From the NCBI RefSeq assembly GCF_009914755.1, contig NC_060944.1: DNA of 64,000 nt; one strand, written 5' to 3'. This DNA is from the human T2T-CHM13v2.0 reference genome, Homo sapiens. The first letter of the stretch is position 1; every line of letters begins with the position of its first letter. Shown in pieces: positions 42,840 through 64,000 of this stretch. A program made the position numbers and the translations under genes. The notes below the pieces were generated by a model. That model was not told the DNA's origin. It saw only the letters and a program-made list of their open reading frames with translations, and did no database searches.

Positions 42840-43560
42840 TAAAAGCAGTCGCTTAGTAACTTGCAGCGGCTACATCAACTTTGGACCAATTCGCAAACTG
42901 CTGGTGTAAAGCGTTTTTGCGCATGTGCTGTCGCCTTGCGGGAAAAGGAGCCTTTTTCTTCGACGATTTCCGGGCGACGCAGGAAGTGGCTCCAGGGCGC
43001 ACGCGCGTTGTTTCCGCGGTAGTCAGGGCAGTTTCTACCGCAGGCTTAAGGAGGCTTCGGGCTCCTGGGATTTCTGTCCGCGCTCCTGGCCCTCGTCCTT
43101 CGCGCCAGAGCAGGTTCGCAAACTCCTCAGACCCTTCTGCTCCCGGCCGCCGCTTTCCGCCGGGGCGAGACCCCCAGGTAGGCCCCGTGCCGCGCGCGTC
43201 CCGTCGTTAACCGCCGCCATGGCTCCCGCAGAGGCCGAGTTGCCTCCCGGGAGCGCGCTTCTGCGGGATGCTGGGGCGCGAGCGGGACTGTTGACTAAGC
43301 TTCGTTACTGGGCCCTGGAAGCGAGGTCAGAGCTGGAAATGGCCTTAGGGGTCACCTAGGGCCTAATCCATCGTTTCTCTTGTGGGGGAACTGAGCCTCT
43401 GGGAAGGGTCACATTGCGTTAATGCAGTGTGTGTCGCCTCTGTCCCTCCCCCTTACACGTCTGGCGTCTCGTCAGATACATGTCAGCTCCTGGGAGAAGC
43501 TTTCCCTGGCCGCTTTGCAGAAGGGCGTCCCCTTTTAGCCTCTTCCACGTCAACCTGCTC
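42840..43560 (+). promoter_or_regulatory. RAE1 CpG-island promoter
   Basis: Dense CpG; CCAAT at ~42886; NRF1-like TGCGCATGTGC at 42918-42928; E2F-like GCGGGAAA at ~42938; ETS CAGGAAGTG at 42980-42988. Confidence 0.85.
42975..43177 (+). other. RAE1: RAE1 non-coding exon 1 (start approximate)
   Basis: Lies in the CpG island; donor CCCAG|GTAGGC at 43177/43178; exon 2 acceptor ttttag at 45786, 7 nt before the ATG. Confidence 0.7.
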
Positions 43561-45793
43561 CATTTCTTTCGTAGCAGTTACCAGTCTCTGAAACTAAGTC
43601 TGTTTCTGTCTTAGCCCGCCAAGTATTTATTGTATACGTATATAGGTGCCACCGTACAGGCAGTACTTCTCCAGGCAAGTAGTATTAAACACCAGCCGCC
43701 CTGGGCCAGGCATTGTACTGTGGGACCCAGTATGCATTAAGGGAAGAATCCAGGCAAGTGGCTGCCCTCTTGGAGCCAGCATTCTGGGGGGGAAGAGATT
43801 TTGAGTGTAAACAAGAAATTCCAGGGGATGTGATGGAAGATTAGATATGTTAAAGTTGGCAAAGAAGCGTCTGAGGAGGTGACTTTAAAAAAGAATACGT
43901 GTGACAGCTTTATTGAAGTATAAAATAACATTAATTTCAACCATTGAAAGTGTATATTGTGAGTTTGGAAATTTTATGCAGTTGCGTAAACATGGCAAGT
44001 TCAAATTTGGGACATTTTCATCACCCCAAGAAGTTCGGAGGAGGCAACTTTTGAACTGGGATATGAAGATTCAAACGGAGGTAGCTGTGGGGAGGGAGAA
44101 GCAAATCATCCCAAGCTGAAGGAACAGCACTAGGTTTGCTCCAAGGCAGGGATGAGCTTGTTGTGTTCAGCGGAGAAAGGAAGCCAGCAGAGCTAGGAGG
44201 GCTGGGGTGCAGCAAGGCGGGAGAGAGCGGGAAGAGATTAGGTGGGTCCCACAGATGACTGTGCCTTCTGAACTTTGGAAGCTTCCCAGTGCTCAGCATA
44301 AGGTGTGGTCCACACTGACTAACACGAACGATTCTCACCTACCATGTTCTTTTTCCTAAGTTCATCCCTAATGGCAGAAATGTTCTCTCCCAACTTGAAG
44401 GTTGAGGTAGAGGAATAGAGTGAAAGTAATATTTATTAAGAACCTGTAGTGCTTTAGGCAGTGTGTGTGTGTGGCTTCATTTAGTTCTCATAACTCTGTG
44501 AAGTAGATATTAGTGTCTCTGTTTTACAGATGAGAAAATCAAGGTTAAGTGACCCGTCCAAAGCCGTGTAACCAGCACCTGGACTGATTGCAGAAGCCTT
44601 GTCATGCCTTTGTTCGTTCATACAGCCAACTGGTGTTTCAAGTACCTCTGCATTTGAGGGCAGAAGTGTGGCCGGCAAGGACCACATCCCCTCACGTTCA
44701 CTAAAATGTACATGTGCTTGTAGCTGTTGCTCTGACCTTTTGTTCTGCACTTATTTTTCATGAAGCTGAGGAAACTCAAATGCCTTCCCCAAATTCCTTG
44801 CAGTTTCTCCGTTCTGTGTTGTCTTGTTAGCAAGGATGTCACTCAGCCATTTGGCTCCCTTTGGAGAGGTGACTGGTATGGAGGACTTTTCAGCGTAACA
44901 GGTAGTAGGATTGAAATGTGGTTTCAGTGTACGTAACTCCTCGGGGAGTTGGAAGGAAAAAAGAAGGGAAAAGTCGTTTATTGTACCCACTATGAACTAG
45001 ATACTGCATTTTCTACATAATCTGATTTGATCCCCAGAGCAGCCCTGGAGAATGTGTTAATGTTCTCTATGTTTGCAGAGCAGGAAAATGAAGACTGGTG
45101 AGATTAGAGTCCCAACTCCTGAGTGGCAAGAGGCCCTGACCAAACCCTGGTGGGCCTGTTAGATTATGATATTCAAGAAAAAACCCAGGGTGGGAGAGGT
45201 TCTTGCTGGGTAAATGTCCAAAACACGATGCCCGACCTTTTTAAAACTTTTACGAAGAAATTGCTGATTCGCTTCCCGGACTGGTTGTTCTAGGTAGTTT
45301 CATGCGGATGCTGACCTAAACTAGAATGTAGAAATTAGTAGGAAAGTGAATGCCCACTAGGTGGAAACCTGAAAGCACGGGGACCTGCGATCTTGTTTAC
45401 TGTTATATTCCTGCTGCGCAGCTCAGGGTCTCTATGTAAAAAATGAGTGAATTTATTTTCTAGCTGGTGCCTACAAAATAATCTGCAATGTATCCATACT
45501 GGTTTATTAATGGTAACAAATGAACCGTACTAATATGAGATAATAGGGGAAACTAGATATGGAGTGTATGGGAATTCTATCTTTACTATTTCTGGAAACC
45601 TAAAACTACTCTAAAATAGAAGGTTTATGTTTTGAAAGCACTCTGCTCATTGCGCTCTTGTCTGAAAAGTGAAGCCTGGCCTCAAGCCACTTTGAGTATT
45701 TCTCTTCTGCCAGTTAATTATCTTACCATTGCCTCTCAGTGATATTAAGAGAAAACCCATCCTTAACATTTTTCATTACTTTTTAGGTTCAAA

Positions 45794-60567
<14,774 letters not shown>

Positions 60568-60807
60568 GTGCGTCATTAGTCAAATCAAGAAGTATGTATT
60601 TAGCACCTGTTGTATGCAAGATTGTGCTCACATCTGGAATACAGTTGTACTTTGTAAAACCTGTAAGTATGTTCAAAGAGGGGTGAATTGAAGGATATAA
60701 ACACAAATACTTAGTGAGTGAATATTAAGTAATACTAAGGTATCCCTGGATGAACTGAATTTATGTCTTCTCCAAACATGCCCCTGGATGGCTGAGTGCT
60801 ACTGAAT

Positions 60808-61360
60808 TGTAGGGGCCAAGGGAAAACTTCTCCTTTGCCCTCTGAAGGGGTTCACTGAAAAGTAGCTGGTAAAAGACAGATTAATAGGAGAAATGGCATA
60901 CAAATGTATTGATGTGCACAGCGTCTTACAACGATCTTAAAGGCAATATGGTTGATGCTTTCATACCATCTTGAGGTCACAGAAAGAAGGGGGCTCAGGG
61001 CATGGCCCAAAACAGGCTTTCATGGTAAATTGGGTTCTCGTGGCAAGACAGGTTATGGGAAGAAGAGAAGAAGAGGTCTGTGTAGCAAAGGTGGTCTTGT
61101 TAATGTGGAGGAAACCCCACAGGTAGCACCCTCGGAGAGAACTGAGACCTTTAACGGCATCAGACTGCAGTTAATCTTCCCTAATCAGGACAAGGGAAGG
61201 GCCTTGGAGAAAGCCTGGCTGCATCAATGCCGATTTTCTCTGCAGATGCAGATCTCCCCACCAAAGATAGCTTTTCAGCTATTATTTCCAGCCCTTCTGT
61301 ATAGCCATCTTGAAATATGTCAGAGAAGTCTATTTTGGGGCAAAATATTTTGGTTTCCTT
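60808..61360. mobile_element. Probable ERV1-class LTR fragment (subfamily uncertain)
   Basis: TGTAGGGG start; ACAGATTAATAGGAGAAA.GGCATACAAAT and TTTTGGGG.AAAATATTT motifs resemble MER4-group LTRs. Confidence 0.55.
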
Positions 61361-62879
61361 GAGAATAAAATTACACATCTGGATGGGTTGGTTCCATTGT
61401 AAATTCCTAGCTTCCAACTTCAACTCTGTCTGCATCATGCCTAGATGCTTGCTAGCTTTTTCACCTTAGCTCAATCCTCCACTTGCCACAGGGCTGCTGG
61501 GCCTGCACTCTTGTCAGCTTCTCCTTCCTTTAGTCTTTGTCTCAGCCAATCAGATCAGCTCTTGCTCAGAGAAAAAAGAAGCTAATGGGAACTTCCTCCT
61601 CTTTCTCCTGCCAGATCTAGAAATCTGCCCGTGCTTGCCTCCTCCCCTGCCTTTTCCCCCATGAGGTGGAAGCCGTCCTGCTAAGGCCAGTTTTGTGGTG
61701 GGACCCATGCCCTCCAGCCTTCTCAGGAACCGTATGCAGAGTATCACCTCTTTCCCATACACCCGTCTCTCCTGCCGCGTAGTACTTCTCCCTTAGCACT
61801 GACACTAGCTCAAGTCTAGTTGATCCTAGAAAACACACCTCCCTTGATCCCCACATCCTCCTCCAGTACTGCCCGCGTCCCTATTCCTTCCGCAGTGGGG
61901 CATCTTGGATGAAATGTCCTTTATTCCCTCACCTCCCACTCATTTCTAACTCAGTGAGACCTTTGCCCCCCATTGTTCCACCAGAACTGTTTTTGGCGTG
62001 ACTACCAGTGGCATCCTCATTGGTAATTCCAGGGGACCCTGGACACCCATCCTCTTACTGGAACAGAGCTTCATTCACTGTTCTTACAAGAAACATTTCC
62101 CCTGGCTGCTGTCTTGCCAGCCTCTTACCCGCTACCTCTGTGGCTCTTCTATCCTTGCTGGCTCTTGGCTGAATGTGGAGGTTCCACAGACATCTCCCTA
62201 AGCCGCTGCCTCCTCCACCCAAGCACAACTGATCTCCCATCCACTGTCGCTCAGCCACGCCCTGTGGACTGGAGACTCGTACCTCATTCCTGTGCTCCTG
62301 ACATGGACACCCAGTCGGACAGCTCCTTGGTGTGTCTCCCAGGCGTCTGAAGCTACGGTATCCCACACCAAACCCAAGACTACATTCTGTAGCTCTTTAT
62401 TCACATGTTACCCTTGCCTCAGGATTCTCCCTTGCTACTGCCACCAGTACCATCTACTTTATACGTATGTATGGATGTCATATACATACTAAATATTTCC
62501 CTTCTTTTGCCTACTAGAATGTAAACTCCATGAGAGCAGAGATTTTTGTTTGTATTTGTTGCTGCCTCCCAGCACTTGGAGGAGGGCCTTAAGTGTAAAA
62601 GGTGCTCTGTGAATATTTGCAGAGTGAACATTTGATCTGAACCTGCCCCTCTCGGCCACCACCAGCCTGTTGCTCCTGATGTGCTTCACAGCCCATTCAA
62701 TGGGACCTCCATCTCCTTTGTTATAGCCAGAAATCTTGAGGTCACCCCTGATTGGAACTTTCCCTCTCCTGTCTCACTAATCCTCAGTCTCCTCCCCTCT
62801 ACCCTGAAATTATTTGGGAATCTGTTCATTTTTCTCCCTCCCTCCTGCCACCACATCTAATTCAAATCTTGGAAAGCAC

Positions 62880-63935
62880 TTAGATCAGAACTCTATGACA
62901 TTGGTCTTGGCAGTAATTTCTTGGATATGACACCAAAAAGCACAGGCAACAAAAGCAAAAATGGCCAAGTGGAACTGTGTTAAACTAACAGCTCTTGCAC
63001 AGCAGAGGGAACCATGGAAAAGAGTGAAAAGGCAGCCTGTGGAATGGGAGAAAACATCTGGAGGCTATTTCTGACAAGGGATTGATTTCCAAAATACGTA
63101 AGGAACCCCTGCAACTCAATAGTGAGAAAACTGGTGACGTGAAAAATGGACCAAAGACTTGAATAGACATGTCTCCAAAGAAGACATACAAATACCCAGC
63201 AGGTGTATGGAAATGTGCTTAACATCCTAACTATCAAGGAAAGGCAAACAAAAACCACAGTGAGATACCATCTCCTAGCTGATGGGACCACTGTTACCAG
63301 AAAGCCCAAAGATAACAAGCGCTGGGGAGGGTGTGGGGAACATGGAACCCTTGTGCACTGTTGGGGGGATGCAAAATGCCACAACCGTTACAGAAAACTG
63401 GAGGCCTCAAAACATGAAAAACAGAATCACCATACGATCTAGCAGTTCCACTTACAGGTCTTGATTCAAAAGAATCAAAATGGGTATTTTGAAGAGAGAC
63501 CTGTACTGCTAGTGTTCCTTGCAGCACTGTTCACAATAGCCAAGTGAACAGATAAAGAAAATGAAGTGTATACCTGCAGTAGGATGCTGTGCGTGCAGCC
63601 TGAAAGAAGGAAATCCTGCCATTCGTGACAACGTGGGTGACCATGAAGGAGATTATGCAAAATGAAATAAGCCAGACACAGAAAGAAACTGCATGGTTCC
63701 ACTTAAATGTGATATCCAGCATAGACTCACAGAAGTAAAGGGTGGAATGGCGGTCATCAGGGGATTGGGGGAGAGGGAAATGGGGAGCTACTTAATCAAT
63801 GGGATGAAATTTCATTAAACAAGATGAGAATGTTCTAGAGATATGCCGTACTACATGGTACCTGTAGTCAACAATAATGTAGACTTAGAAATGTGTTAAG
63901 CGGTGGCTCTCATGTTCACTCTTCTTACCACAGTA
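62880..63935 (+). mobile_element. L1MA/MB 3' portion
   Basis: TTCTTGGATATGACACCAAAA.GCACAGGCAACAAAAGCAAAAAT...CTCCAAAGAAGACATACAAAT...3' UTR. Confidence 0.88.
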
Positions 63936-64000
63936 AAATCAGCACTTAGACCTTGGCCCTGGTTCAAGGCGTCCTCCGGAGCTGAGGCAGGGGCTCTTGT

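Noticed and set aside
42881-43359. 109- and 144-aa ORFs over RAE1 exon 1
   Set aside because: CpG-island stop-codon depletion; the RAE1 ATG is at 45794.
45294-45446. Possible alternative 5' UTR exon of RAE1
   Set aside because: The acceptor-like TTGTTCTAG is plausible but the donor is weak; cannot be supported without transcript data.
62980-63722. ORFs in the distal L1
   Set aside because: Decayed L1 ORF2 and 3' UTR fragments with stops and frameshifts.

Overview
Primate, almost certainly human, genomic DNA matching the SPO11-RAE1 locus (chr20q13.31, from recall). 1-21 kb is repeat-rich intergenic sequence with MIR4325 and an RPL39 processed pseudogene nested with a FAM in a MER53. SPO11 is complete on + (13 coding exons, 21615-35207, 396 aa), with a skippable exon 2 and a U12-type intron 7. 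Between the genes lie a strong CTCF motif, a solo LTR12C (ERV9) and an Alu carrying a ~135-bp G-run expansion. The 5' part of RAE1 follows on + (coding exons 2-8, 214 codons; the gene runs past the window). RAE1 intron 4 holds a ~4.4-kb ancient minus-strand NUMT (control region-Phe-12S-Val-16S-Leu-ND1-part of Ile) with the humanin-like MTRNR2L3 ORF and an intact 16-aa MOTS-c-like ORF. I see no wholly new biological system. The most unusual observations are 12-bp perfect inverted repeats at both NUMT junctions, the nuclear MOTS-c-like ORF, a homeology-templated 29-bp insertion, a TSD-flanked micro-insertion near SPO11 exon 2, and the all-phase-0 RAE1 exons bracketed by inverted Alus. Coordinates were counted by hand; repeat boundaries and subfamily names are approximate and recalled from consensus sequences.
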